A DNA stretch of 64,000 nt, from NCBI GenBank assembly GCA_008690995.1, contig VRMN01000005.1, forward strand, positions 496,001-560,000, written 5' to 3'. Shown here piece by piece: positions 1 through 9,891 of the stretch. Each line of letters opens with the position of its first letter. The stretch's first letter is position 1. This DNA is from Porphyridium purpureum (taxonomy: Eukaryota). A program made the position numbers and the translations under genes. The notes below the pieces were generated by a model. That model searched no databases. It saw only the letters and a list, made by a program, of their open reading frames with translations, and was not told the DNA's origin.

Positions 1-639
1 TTTCGGCGCCAGGCTGCCACCGAGAGCATGGTGGAGGCGCGGCGAGCCGCAGCGGAATCGGAAGCCGCGCGCAAGACGACTGCGAAAGTGAGTGAAGACC
101 GCATTGACGCGCTCTTTCCGAGCGACACCTATGCCGGCAGGTCGACCACAGCGCAGGGCTCTGGGCTTGACGCGCGCCAGTCGGACAATGAAGAGGGTGA
201 GGAAGGACCAGACGTGCGCGTTGTTCAATGCAGCGTGTGCCTATGCGGCTTTGAAGAGGGTGATCAAATACGCACGCTGCCTTGCATGCATTTTTACCAC
301 CGAGCTTGCATTGACGGGTGGATTTCGGCGCGCGTTACATGCCCCGAGTGCCGTGCCATCGTGCGCTCACCGAGCGGCTCGCGGCTGTATAAACCAGGTG
401 AGTATCACGAAAGGAGCGAAGCTGACGCTGCTGAATCATCCAACTCACCGGGTTCTTCCTCAAGAACCGGAAGTCGGGCTGAAGCGGACAGAGCAGGACC
501 ACATGTTGCGGACGAGCCCGCGCAGCAACGCACGACGCCTCTTTTCTCAGGGCTCTTTCAAAGCGCCCCCACATTGACGTCGTCTACTCCTCTGCGGACG
601 AACCTGCCGCCTGCCATGCGCGGCGACATCATGCCTTGA
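1..639 (+). CDS. RING-H2 E3 ubiquitin ligase (probably 5'-partial)
   Basis: CSVCLCGFEEGDQIRTLPCMHFYHRACIDGWISARVTCPECR is a C3H2C3 RING-H2; the frame is open from base 1, upstream of the ATG at 28. Confidence 0.85.
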   Translation, partial: FRRQAATESMVEARRAAAESEAARKTTAKVSEDRIDALFPSDTYAGRSTTAQGSGLDARQSDNEEGEEGPDVRVVQCSVCLCGFEEGDQIRTLPCMHFYHRACIDGWISARVTCPECRAIVRSPSGSRLYKPGEYHERSEADAAESSNSPGSSSRTGSRAEADRAGPHVADEPAQQRTTPLFSGLFQSAPTLTSSTPLRTNLPPAMRGDIMP

Positions 640-929
640 CCCGACCCGCCCCAACTTCCGTCCTGCCATATCATGTAAATGAAGTCTCGAATGAATCACG
701 GGCCTGAAGCAGACGCATGGTCACGCCCACGGGAGTGCCTCGCTGTGTCCAACGCCCGTGCCAGACCCAACAAACCCACGCAACTGACCGCCCGCCTCGC
801 CACCGCCATCTCTCAGCAGCTCCACATTCCCACTCGGCGTGTGTCGGCACTGCACACGTGTCCAACAAGCCCACGCGTTATCTGAAGTCAAGACGAGCAC
901 CAGCAAGGACACAGCCAACGCTCGCGGGG

Positions 930-937
930 TATAAAAG
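930..937 (+). promoter_or_regulatory. TATA box upstream of the BCS1-like gene
   Basis: TATAAAAG in GC-rich context, followed by a purine-rich leader. Confidence 0.5.
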
Positions 938-1218
938 CAGGAGAAGCGCAGTGACATGCGAGAGGAGAGACGGAGCGGAGGAGAGGCAGAGGCAGAGTCA
1001 TACAGAAGGTGAAGTTTTGGGTTCGCACGGAAGGGGCAGGAGGGCGCAAGGGTCCCTTGCACGGTGAAGAAGTGAACGCAGAGTTAGAGCAGCAGCACGG
1101 AGAGGCACGAGAGTTCGCTTGTCGAGGCTTGGAAATCTGCAGAGGAAGAGCGAGATAGTGTGCGTGTGCGTTGGATCAACGACAGGAGGGGACTGTGGTC
1201 TTGCGGGAAGCAGCTTCC

Positions 1219-2673
1219 ATGTTGTCTGAAGAAGCCGAGGCTGTATCAAACGGCGTGCGGTGTTTGACCATGGCAGACCATGTTGTATCGGCCAATGGGG
1301 CGGTCAAAATGGCGTCCAGCCCCGGAACAAAACAGCGGGGGACACCCAAGGACATTTTCTACTCGAAAAATTATGACCCCGCGAAGCTTCCGTTCAATGT
1401 GGATGAGTATGTGTCGCTCGAACTGCACCACGGTCGACTGCGAGAGCAGCTGCAGCATTACGTGGCCGAGTTCGGGAAGGCTGTACATGCGTTTGATGTC
1501 ATGGACCAGCGCGCCACTAGGACCGGCGAGGCCGAGGAGTGCGACTCAGAAGGGGAAGAAGTCGATGCGTCCGGTGATGGCCCCGCAATCACCAGCAAGG
1601 TAAAGTTTGGCGTGGCTGCCGGCGTGCATGCGGTCAGTGTTGGCGGAAAGGACTTTTATGTTCTCAAGTCGTACGCGGGATTGCCACAGAATGATAGCTG
1701 GTATACAGGGCTTATTGTGTTTGTCAAACTCGCAGACATTGACGAAGGCCGCACGCCGCAGGACATTTTTGACGCATTTCTCAAGGAGATTCTGAAATGG
1801 GCTTGGCAAGAAGAAGAGAAAGACGGCCATATCACCCTATATCGATACAGATTTGATTCGCACGGAGCATGGTGGGAGTCTGAAGGGCTAAAGCGAGGGC
1901 GCCCAATTTCCTCTATTATCATGGACGACCACACGCAAAAATCTCTGATCGATGACATGAACCGATTCATGCGCAAGTCGACGCGAGAGTTCTACTGGAA
2001 ACATGGTATTCCATATCGGCGCACGTACTTGTTCTACGGACCGCCCGGCTCTGGTAAGTCTAGTCTCGTCAAGGCGCTTGCGGGTGCTTTCAAGCGCTCG
2101 GTGTCATTCCTGTCATTGGCGCACCCGCAGATGACTGACCAGGCTTTGGCGGATGCTTTCTCGTCGTTGCCAGCAAAGACAATCCTGGTGATTGAAGATT
2201 TGGATTGTGTCTTTTCTGCGACTGCGGAAAAGACCGAGCGTGTCATGGATGAGTCTGTGAATCTCACGTTTTCTGGTGTGCTGAATTCACTGGACGGGAT
2301 GACGAGCAGCTCGAGCGACACTTTCACCATTTTGACCACAAATCATTTCGAAAAGCTGAACCCGGCGCTCATCCGTGCCGGGCGCGTCGACCGCAAGTTC
2401 TGCCTGCCGCGGCCGAGCGACGAGCTCATTGGCAAGTTCTTCCTGTCCTTCTATCCCGATGCGAGCAAGCCACTGGTCAAGCAGTTCGTGGCCAAGGTGC
2501 GCGAGTTTTCAGCCACGCAACAGGACCAGAACCTGCTCTCGCTCGCCGTGCTGCAGCAAATGATGTTGTACTTTATGGAGCATACTGCCGAGCAGGTGGT
2601 TGAGGGCGCGGATGAGTTCTTTGCGGAATTCTTCCCACCTGAGACGGACGCCAAGCCGTCTCTCTATATGTAA
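1219..2673 (+). CDS. BCS1-like AAA+ ATPase
   Basis: GIPYRRTYLFYGPPGSGKSS (Walker A), ILVIEDLD (Walker B), LTFSGVLNSLDG, TTNHFEKLNPALIRAGRVD; first ATG 1219, alternative 1270. Confidence 0.85.
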   Translation: MLSEEAEAVSNGVRCLTMADHVVSANGAVKMASSPGTKQRGTPKDIFYSKNYDPAKLPFNVDEYVSLELHHGRLREQLQHYVAEFGKAVHAFDVMDQRATRTGEAEECDSEGEEVDASGDGPAITSKVKFGVAAGVHAVSVGGKDFYVLKSYAGLPQNDSWYTGLIVFVKLADIDEGRTPQDIFDAFLKEILKWAWQEEEKDGHITLYRYRFDSHGAWWESEGLKRGRPISSIIMDDHTQKSLIDDMNRFMRKSTREFYWKHGIPYRRTYLFYGPPGSGKSSLVKALAGAFKRSVSFLSLAHPQMTDQALADAFSSLPAKTILVIEDLDCVFSATAEKTERVMDESVNLTFSGVLNSLDGMTSSSSDTFTILTTNHFEKLNPALIRAGRVDRKFCLPRPSDELIGKFFLSFYPDASKPLVKQFVAKVREFSATQQDQNLLSLAVLQQMMLYFMEHTAEQVVEGADEFFAEFFPPETDAKPSLYM

Positions 2674-2996
2674 GTGTGATGCCGCCGAGCATTTTCTTTC
2701 TCTCGGCACTAATACATGGCGCTTGATGTAAAGCGCCGACCTTTTTCCGGCATGCGAATCGATGTCTCGCGCGCGCTTGAATGGCCAAACCAGCCCAAAT
2801 GCTACGCGGCACCAAAACATTACATAAAATTCGCATGTTTTATTATGAAGAATTCGAAACCCGGGTTGGCCGCGCTTCGGAAACCCCACGATGCTGCGGG
2901 TGCAGAAGGGCGTCTGCTTCTGCTGCTGCTGTTGATAGCTGCGGCTGCGGCTGCGGAGCGTGCGCGTTTGTATGAGCGCGCTACCGGCCGTCAGGA

Positions 2997-4625
2997 ATGG
3001 CAGCAATGGAGGTGCGCGTGGTCGCTGAAATGTTCGAGGAAGCGGCGGCCCAGGTCAAGGCGCCGAGGCAACGCGAGTTCGGCGCGGACTCACGTCAAGA
3101 TCGCACAGTGCTCGGAGGTGGCGTCGCTGCTGCTCGTGAGGTTTGGGAACGCCGTTTTGCGGAGTTCCGAAAGGAAGAGTCGGCGAACAACCTATCGCTG
3201 CCAGTCTCGGAAACGACAGCGGCGGGCGAGGAGTGGCTGAGCGCGCCATCGGTAGATGAGTTCAAGAGCCCAGATCGCCGCGGGTACAATGACTTGGCAC
3301 GGAAACATATATTCTGGGATGAGCAGTTCGACAGAGACACTTCTTCGGCCACGGATGAGAGCTCTGGTTGGAGAAAAGAAGCACTGGCCACAGCGACCAA
3401 CGTCAGCCCCATAGAAGCGGCATTGAGGTGCCGTGTGGCAGAGCTTGAGGAGGAGCTGCGAATGGTCCGACAAGAACAATTGACAGACGAGAAACGAAGG
3501 CGTGATCGAGATGTGTATGACGGGGACGCAAGTATGGAGGAAGCTGGTAGTGAGGAAGAGCTTTGCCAAGAAACCACAGAAATAGGCCGATCTCTAGCGG
3601 ATGGTACCAATCAGCAGCGAGCCCAGCTTTATTTGAACCAACTACGAGCTCAAACGGAAATCAATCGCCAGCTCGCTGCACAAATTATGTTTCTGGAGGA
3701 CGAAGTTATGAAGATGCAAGATCTTCTGAATGACATTGACGGCCACTTGGTGGATGACGTGAGTCTGCGGCGCGAAAGTATTTTGAGCTCGTTTCAGGAC
3801 CGCGCATCTTTTTTAGACGATATCGAGCTCGAGCGCGTTAAGGACGATACATTTCATCATGAGCCAAGCATTGATGTCCACTCTGGAGCTCAATGCTGCG
3901 AAGAAATGGTTGGCAGGCAACAACCAAGAATCTTTGAAAGGATGAAACATCCTTCTGATCACTCGATGCGCAAGCAAGCGGTGCAGAGTTCTGATTCAAG
4001 CCCCGGATCGCAAAGGAGGACCTTCTGTGGCGTCGATGAGTCCGTGAACTCGACGCCGATGGGCCAGGACGACGCTGCAGAAGGGCGATCGCTCCTATAC
4101 CAGTACGAGCGGTGCAAATGGAAGTGCTCACAGTTGCACGTTTTGTTGAAAATGTATATTCGCTCCGAGCAGCATTGGAGAAGCCTGGCGCTCAGTGGTG
4201 AAGGCAAAGCGAAAGAGGATGACGTTGAACAATTTCGGCGTGATAGTGAGCGTCTCGACGAAGAGGTCATGGTTGCACTCCAGGAGGCACGAACGGAGCA
4301 CGACCGCTTGCGGGTTGTGAATGAGGAGCTCATGCAAATCGTGGGCGAGAAAAACGCAGCCATTGAACAAATGAAATTGGAGCTTGGTGCCACAACCCCA
4401 CTGCCTCGGACACCGTATCAATTGAGAACACCAGCGGCCATTCTGGCGAGGTCGCCGGGCGACCCCGGACGAAACGACGATTCTAGCTTGTATAGGTCGG
4501 GCCAAGGGGACTCCTCGGCGCGCGGCTTAGGGCTTGGCTCTGGCAGGCCGAGAGAGACCCGTGCGAACTCGACTGTCATCAAGCCCAGAAGACGAATTCT
4601 GATGTCACCAATCACTCCAGCATGA
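2997..4625 (+). CDS. Hypothetical coiled-coil protein
   Basis: 542-aa ORF with several E/Q/L heptad-rich segments; no family recognised. Confidence 0.7.
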   Translation: MAAMEVRVVAEMFEEAAAQVKAPRQREFGADSRQDRTVLGGGVAAAREVWERRFAEFRKEESANNLSLPVSETTAAGEEWLSAPSVDEFKSPDRRGYNDLARKHIFWDEQFDRDTSSATDESSGWRKEALATATNVSPIEAALRCRVAELEEELRMVRQEQLTDEKRRRDRDVYDGDASMEEAGSEEELCQETTEIGRSLADGTNQQRAQLYLNQLRAQTEINRQLAAQIMFLEDEVMKMQDLLNDIDGHLVDDVSLRRESILSSFQDRASFLDDIELERVKDDTFHHEPSIDVHSGAQCCEEMVGRQQPRIFERMKHPSDHSMRKQAVQSSDSSPGSQRRTFCGVDESVNSTPMGQDDAAEGRSLLYQYERCKWKCSQLHVLLKMYIRSEQHWRSLALSGEGKAKEDDVEQFRRDSERLDEEVMVALQEARTEHDRLRVVNEELMQIVGEKNAAIEQMKLELGATTPLPRTPYQLRTPAAILARSPGDPGRNDDSSLYRSGQGDSSARGLGLGSGRPRETRANSTVIKPRRRILMSPITPA

Positions 4626-4674
4626 GCAACCATTCCAATCTGATCTTTATCACGAGAAAGTATGATGATGCTGA

Positions 4675-5298
4675 TTATTCGTAAATCCAGGTGCTCATTG
4701 TGGGCTCCCATTCAACCAATTCTTCTGGCTTGAACCAAATTCCAATCTCGCGCTCTGCGGTGTCCACCGCGTCAGAACCATGGATCACGTTGCGCCCAAC
4801 GTCAATACCGTAATCGCCTCGGATAGTGCCGGGGGCAGACTCTGTCGGCTTGGTGGCGCCAATCATGGTGCGGCCCGTCTTCACTACATCAGTGCCCTCC
4901 CAGACCATGGCACATACCGGGCCGCTGCAGATGAATTCGACCAACCCTGCGAAGAAGGGCTTGGACGACAGCGCGGCGTAGTGCGTTTCCGCCAGCTCTT
5001 TGGACGGCTTGAGCAATTTCATGGCAACCAGCTTGTAGCCACGCTTCTCAAAGCGCGAGATAATGTCTCCGATCAGCGCGCGATTCACGCCATCTGGCTT
5101 GATCGCGATGAAGGTGCGCTCCATAGCCATGGTCATCCTGCGCCCCGCCGCCGCAGTGGCGGCTGCAGGCTGCACCTTCAACGCCGCTCGACGAGAGGCA
5201 CCGGCAACAGGCACGAACGTGGATTTGCTGTGACTCGAGCTACCACGCACCTCCAGCTGCCGACTCGGCGCGCCGATCGCACTGCCAATGAACGCCAT
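4675..5298 (-). CDS. NDK: Nucleoside diphosphate kinase, plastid-targeted
   Basis: [30 protein letters not shown] (catalytic His); MAFIGSA... transit peptide from ATG 5298. Confidence 0.95.
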   Translation of the reverse strand: MAFIGSAIGAPSRQLEVRGSSSHSKSTFVPVAGASRRAALKVQPAAATAAAGRRMTMAMERTFIAIKPDGVNRALIGDIISRFEKRGYKLVAMKLLKPSKELAETHYAALSSKPFFAGLVEFICSGPVCAMVWEGTDVVKTGRTMIGATKPTESAPGTIRGDYGIDVGRNVIHGSDAVDTAEREIGIWFKPEELVEWEPTMSTWIYE

Positions 5299-5659
5299 CT
5301 CGAAGGAGAAAATGATCTGGTTCGACACACGAACACCCACGCCTACACACGCGCTCAAGCTCTCACAGACACAGACTCCAACGTCGCCGCCAGTCTCTGG
5401 AAAGGATCGAATCGCCACGCCACTCGTCTTTCATGTCACGCACGCATGCGCGCTCGAGCTCAAAATCTCGGTACCGGCCGATGATCGTTTGAAACCCTCA
5501 TTATAACTCAGGCTTCTAGTTAGTTTCAGGGTTTTCACTGCTTCACGTTGGACGGCGCGCGCCTTTTCCTTCTCCCTGCACTGGCTACGCTTGGCGTCCT
5601 CAGTGTGCGTGTGTGTGTGAGAGAGAGAAAAGGCCAATTCATGCTCGGCAATGCCTGTG

Positions 5660-6031
5660 TCATGCGTCGACTTCGGTTGTGGCGTCATACCCGACACTCT
5701 CCCACGTACCATCCGCGGCGCGAAACACCGCGAAGAGCTCGCTGTCGTTCGCGAGGCCCTGGTCCTTGAGCGGCTCGTCCCGCTGCACTTCCGCAAACCT
5801 GCTGCGCTTGCTTGTCGCGACTTCCTTCGCAGAGCCGTCCCCACTTTCGCTGCCTTCGCTCTGCTCGGTCCCGCTTTGCAGCATGTGCAGCCTAACCTCC
5901 TCGCGCGGCCGTTTCATCAGTCGTGCCACCTCCTCCTGCAATTCTGCGCCCGTTGCGCCGCCCTCAACATCGCACCGCACAAACAGAATCGTCTTGGCAC
6001 GCTTCACGCGCACCCATCCCATCGGCTCCAT
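5660..6031 (-). CDS. Ubiquitin-like fold protein, Elongin B-like
   Basis: VRVKRAKTILFVRC...PLKDQGLANDSELFAVFRAADGTWE resembles Elongin B; start set at ATG 6031. Confidence 0.65.
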   Translation of the reverse strand: MEPMGWVRVKRAKTILFVRCDVEGGATGAELQEEVARLMKRPREEVRLHMLQSGTEQSEGSESGDGSAKEVATSKRSRFAEVQRDEPLKDQGLANDSELFAVFRAADGTWESVGYDATTEVDA

Positions 6032-6231
6032 GTCCTTGCAACAGCTCCCTAATTCCCATCTGTCCAGCGCTGCCAACGACACCACCTTCCTCATCCACAC
6101 CAACATTCGCAAACGAATCGGTTCACTTCGAAGACCCAAACCGGTTTCTCTGAATCGGTTTGCGACAGCGAGGAGCAAGTGGGTGTGAAGTGCGGCACAG
6201 AAGCAGCACACATGCGTCCGTGTGCGAAACC

Positions 6232-7368
6232 ATGTGGGTAGACTATGCGCGACGTGCGCTCGGGCGCTCGCGCGATGCGCGCATTGCGATAAGGAGGACT
6301 CTGTCGTGGAGGCGCGTCTTCTCAGATCAAGCGGGCGGCGATCGGAAGGCCGCTGCCGCGCCAGCTAGTGGGGTGCACCAAGACGGGCGCATCCCAAAGG
6401 CGCCGTCGCCGCCCCGGCGCGTGACGCTAGCGCAGATACGGAAGTGGTACGTGGAAAAGCGCCCAATTGTGATGCTGACGGCGTACGACTACCCCGCCGC
6501 GGTGCATGCCGACTTGGCCGGAATTGACATCGTGTTGGTGGGGGATTCCGTCGGAATGGTTGAGCTTGGCTACGATACGACGCAGTACGTGAGTATGGAC
6601 GACATGATTCACCACTGTCGAGCCGTGCACACGGGCGCGCGGCGCCCTTACATTGTGGGTGACATGCCATTCGGATCCTACGAGGTGAGCGCAGAGCGCG
6701 CCATGGACAACGCATTCAGATTCATTCAAGCGGGTAAAGTAAACGCGGTCAAGCTCGAAGGCGGCATTCGAAGCGCCCACACAGTCCACCGCATTGTCCA
6801 GTCGGGCGTAGCTGTCATGGGCCACACGGGTCTCACGCCACAGTCCGTGTCGGCGATAGGCAGTTTCCGGCCCATGGGGCAGACCTTTGACGAGGCGCGG
6901 CAGATCCTACAGGACTGCCTGGCACTGCAAGAGGCCGGCGCGTTTGCGATTGTCCTTGAGTGCATACCAGAGAGACTCGCTGCACAAATCACAAGCGCGT
7001 TGAGCATACCCACGATCGGCATTGGCGCGGGAAGGCACACGAGTGGCCAGGTGCTAGTGTACCATGATCTGGTCGGCATGCTCACCCACCCGCACCACGC
7101 CAAAGTTGTGCCAAAGTTTTGCAAAAGGTACGCGCGCGTCGGGGAGTATGTAAACAACGCGCTCGAGCAATACAGGGACGAAGTACGCTCTCGCACATTC
7201 CCAGACGATGCCTACTCGCCGTACTCGATCGCGGACGACGAATTTGAGCGATTCCGCGAGTACGCTGAATCGGTCGCCAAAAAGTCCAATTCGCCAATTA
7301 CAGAGTCGAGCACTGCTCAAGGGCAGGCACCACCAGACAGCATCCAACCCGAAGAAAAAATCTACTGA
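6232..7368 (+). CDS. panB: Ketopantoate hydroxymethyltransferase with Arg-rich (mitochondrial-type) presequence
   Basis: MLTAYDYP, VLVGDSVGM, GDMPFGSY, VKLEGG, GHTGLTPQ, IGIGAG...GQVLVYHD. Confidence 0.95.
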   Translation: MWVDYARRALGRSRDARIAIRRTLSWRRVFSDQAGGDRKAAAAPASGVHQDGRIPKAPSPPRRVTLAQIRKWYVEKRPIVMLTAYDYPAAVHADLAGIDIVLVGDSVGMVELGYDTTQYVSMDDMIHHCRAVHTGARRPYIVGDMPFGSYEVSAERAMDNAFRFIQAGKVNAVKLEGGIRSAHTVHRIVQSGVAVMGHTGLTPQSVSAIGSFRPMGQTFDEARQILQDCLALQEAGAFAIVLECIPERLAAQITSALSIPTIGIGAGRHTSGQVLVYHDLVGMLTHPHHAKVVPKFCKRYARVGEYVNNALEQYRDEVRSRTFPDDAYSPYSIADDEFERFREYAESVAKKSNSPITESSTAQGQAPPDSIQPEEKIY

Positions 7369-7405
7369 TCTCACGCACTCAATTACAGAATGAATAGCCA
7401 CGGAC

Positions 7406-7427
7406 CTACTCTTCTTCCAGTTCTTCT

Positions 7428-7474
<47 letters not shown>

Positions 7475-8407
7475 TTCCTCGTCTTCGCCTTGGACCTCCA
7501 AGTCGTCACTCAAATCAGAGCTGTCCTGCGGTTCCGAATCCTCCTCTGATTCCGATTCTGTTTCTACCAAATGCTGTTGCTCTGCGTCATTCGACGCCTT
7601 CCCAACAGGCGCCCCCTTTCGGGTTGCATCATGCGCTGGCTCTATAGATTCGCCCTTGAGCAGCTTGAGGAAGTTTTCTTTGCTCATGGCGGGCTCACGC
7701 TGTTTCGTGCTACCTGATCCTGCGTTCGCTTCGGTTTGTGCCGATGCACGCTGGTATTTGTTCACAGCATTGAAAAGCGCAACAACACCCTGCGTCGCTG
7801 TGCGAGCAAACCGTCGCTCTTGCTCCAAATCTGTCGCTGCGTCAGGAATCTTTCGACCGCGCTCCTGAATTGCACGTTTCAGTTTGTTCGTTTCACGCGT
7901 CTTTGCGAGCTGTTCGGCTTTCGCCTCGGCCTCGACTCTTAGTCTTTTCCGCGCGCTCTCGAGCCGCCTTGATTCAGCCGCTGGCACAGATGGCTCCTTT
8001 GCCGTTTTGGCTTCTTCCAGTAGAGAGCCAAGAAGTGACCCAAGCTTCCGTGCTGATTGGGCGCGCAAAACGTCCGCGTGCTCTTCAGGCTCTTCCCCAG
8101 TACTACTCGACTCCTCCGCATCATCTGAATCCGACTCTTCCGGCTCAGGCTCTGGCGTTCGCTTGCCATCTTTGGATCCTGCGCCAGCGTGCTCTTTGCC
8201 ATGCTTCTTACTTTTGCTCCCAGCGGCCGGTCCCGATCCCGGTTCCGGTCCGGCATCCCGTTGGTGCTTTCCGCCACGGCGTTGCGCACTCGCATCCCGT
8301 TTTCTTTTATTACCAGCTTCAGACCCCGCGCGCTCAACGAGCGAGCGGTGCGCGCGCTGCGGTATGGGCACGCTCAGGCTCACCTTGGCTGTCCGTGAAG
8401 CACTCAT
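7406..8407 (-). CDS. RRP15: RRP15-like ribosome biogenesis protein
   Basis: EQERRFARTATQGVVALFNAVNKYQ and MSKENFLKLLK match the Rrp15p domain; acidic tail. Confidence 0.8.
7428..7473. repeat. (CCTCGT)n hexamer repeat encoding a Glu-Asp tract
   Basis: About 7 tandem copies inside the RRP15-like acidic C-terminus. Confidence 0.9.
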
Positions 8408-8502
8408 GGCAAGTCTTGCGCTTGTTGTCCGGCGACGTGTTCTCGCGTCTGCACGCTGCAGCCGGCGACAACTCGTCCCGCGAGCCAAACCCAGCGGCCG
8501 GC

Positions 8503-8561
8503 ATCTAGGGTTTGAGTAACCCTAGATTTCAGTAGTGTACAGTATAATTTATGCTGTACAC
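8503..8561. promoter_or_regulatory. Two adjacent inverted repeats (telo-box palindrome and GTGTACAG palindrome)
   Basis: ATCTAGGGTT-N5-AACCCTAGAT (8503-8527) and GTGTACAGTATAA-T-TTATGCTGTACAC (8535-8561), about 100-150 nt upstream of the RRP15-like start. Confidence 0.6.
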
Positions 8562-8586
8562 CCTCGGGAGTTCGGGTTCATGAACT

Positions 8587-9783
8587 CTACCCGAACGAGC
8601 GCGTCCAGCTGCCGAGCAGATTGGAGTTGTCTGGCGCCAGCCGGTTGAAGCGTTCGGCGAGTTCTTCCAGTTCTTTTTGCAGACGAGCGGCAGCCTCCTG
8701 GTCAGCCGCAGATGATTCGGCGCCAGGAGAATTGATCGTGCGCCGATGGTACTGAAGGTACACCCATACCCGGATCACAGACGCAATGGCGTCGTTCATG
8801 ACATCGAGCCACGCCTGCGAGAGGCCGTACTTCATTGCGGTGTCGTCATTTCGCAAAAACGTACAGTCCTCGTACCTGCCAATGGCAGCGTACATGTCCG
8901 AAAGAGATGCACGAGTAGTGTCCACGTGGCCCAGCCAGTGCCGATGCGCGCAATAATGCGCGTTCGCAAGAATTTCGGCAAACCCATCTGCCTGGCCCTT
9001 CCAGTACAATGACTCCTCCGCCTGTCCTGCTTGTCCTTTCCGGACGTGGTTGTAGATCGATACGAGATTATAACTAAACTGCTTCAGATGCACCTGGAAT
9101 TCTGGTCCGGTGCGAGACGCTGTGGGTGCTTGGAACCACGCGTGAACTACTTTCGGGCCTGTGCGGGCCATCGATCCCAGGCTGCTTAGAACTCCCAAAA
9201 TTGGCACGCTTGAAACAGCAAGAGCAGTCACGGCCGACGCAAAGATAATCCAGGATGCGTACGTCATGATGGTCTGACGTCGCGACACCGTGACAAGGCC
9301 AGTGTGCCGATCCAGGTTTTGAACCTGGTCTTGATCCCAGACGCGGAACATGTACGAGGCGCATGTTCCTAGAAATACAAGCCCCGCTAGTCGTACCGCA
9401 GTGCTGGAGTCTCTGTACCAGAGCGCGGCCATCAGGCACATCGAAGAGGCGAGCTTGACAGCACTCACTGTGATTTGTCGTGATGGCCACTGCGATGCCC
9501 AGTAGACAGCGAACCAGCAAATCGTCAGCTGTGCGAGGAGCTTTATCAGCAACACATGTGCGCTCTCCAAACCGGCAGTCTTCCAGATCGCGCCACCGTA
9601 GCCCTTTAGCGAGAACACGTGGGACACTACCCACCACATCGCCGCCGCGCCAATGCCGCTCAGTGTGAGCACGCGCACAAAATAGAGCACGAAGCTTACG
9701 GGTGGGGTGGGCAGTGCCGCGACAAACGCCGCGCGCACGTGCGGGTCTTCCGGCAGCATTCCGCGACCCATCTTCCGCGACAT
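8587..9783 (-). CDS. Hypothetical multi-pass membrane protein
   Basis: Five to six hydrophobic segments then a soluble helical C-terminus; first ATG 9783. Confidence 0.7.
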   Translation of the reverse strand: MSRKMGRGMLPEDPHVRAAFVAALPTPPVSFVLYFVRVLTLSGIGAAAMWWVVSHVFSLKGYGGAIWKTAGLESAHVLLIKLLAQLTICWFAVYWASQWPSRQITVSAVKLASSMCLMAALWYRDSSTAVRLAGLVFLGTCASYMFRVWDQDQVQNLDRHTGLVTVSRRQTIMTYASWIIFASAVTALAVSSVPILGVLSSLGSMARTGPKVVHAWFQAPTASRTGPEFQVHLKQFSYNLVSIYNHVRKGQAGQAEESLYWKGQADGFAEILANAHYCAHRHWLGHVDTTRASLSDMYAAIGRYEDCTFLRNDDTAMKYGLSQAWLDVMNDAIASVIRVWVYLQYHRRTINSPGAESSAADQEAAARLQKELEELAERFNRLAPDNSNLLGSWTRSFG

Positions 9784-9891
9784 TGTCCGTAGGAAACTTA
9801 CGCCGTGGCACAGAGAAAGGGAGCTTTGCTCTTCAAGTGTCGCGGTTAGTTTCGTCGTTCGCGTCAACTTAAGAGAGCAGCAGCACTCACA

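Noticed and set aside
7428..7473. Tandem repeats considered as a possible CRISPR-like array
   Set aside because: No spacers; coding microsatellite in a eukaryotic gene
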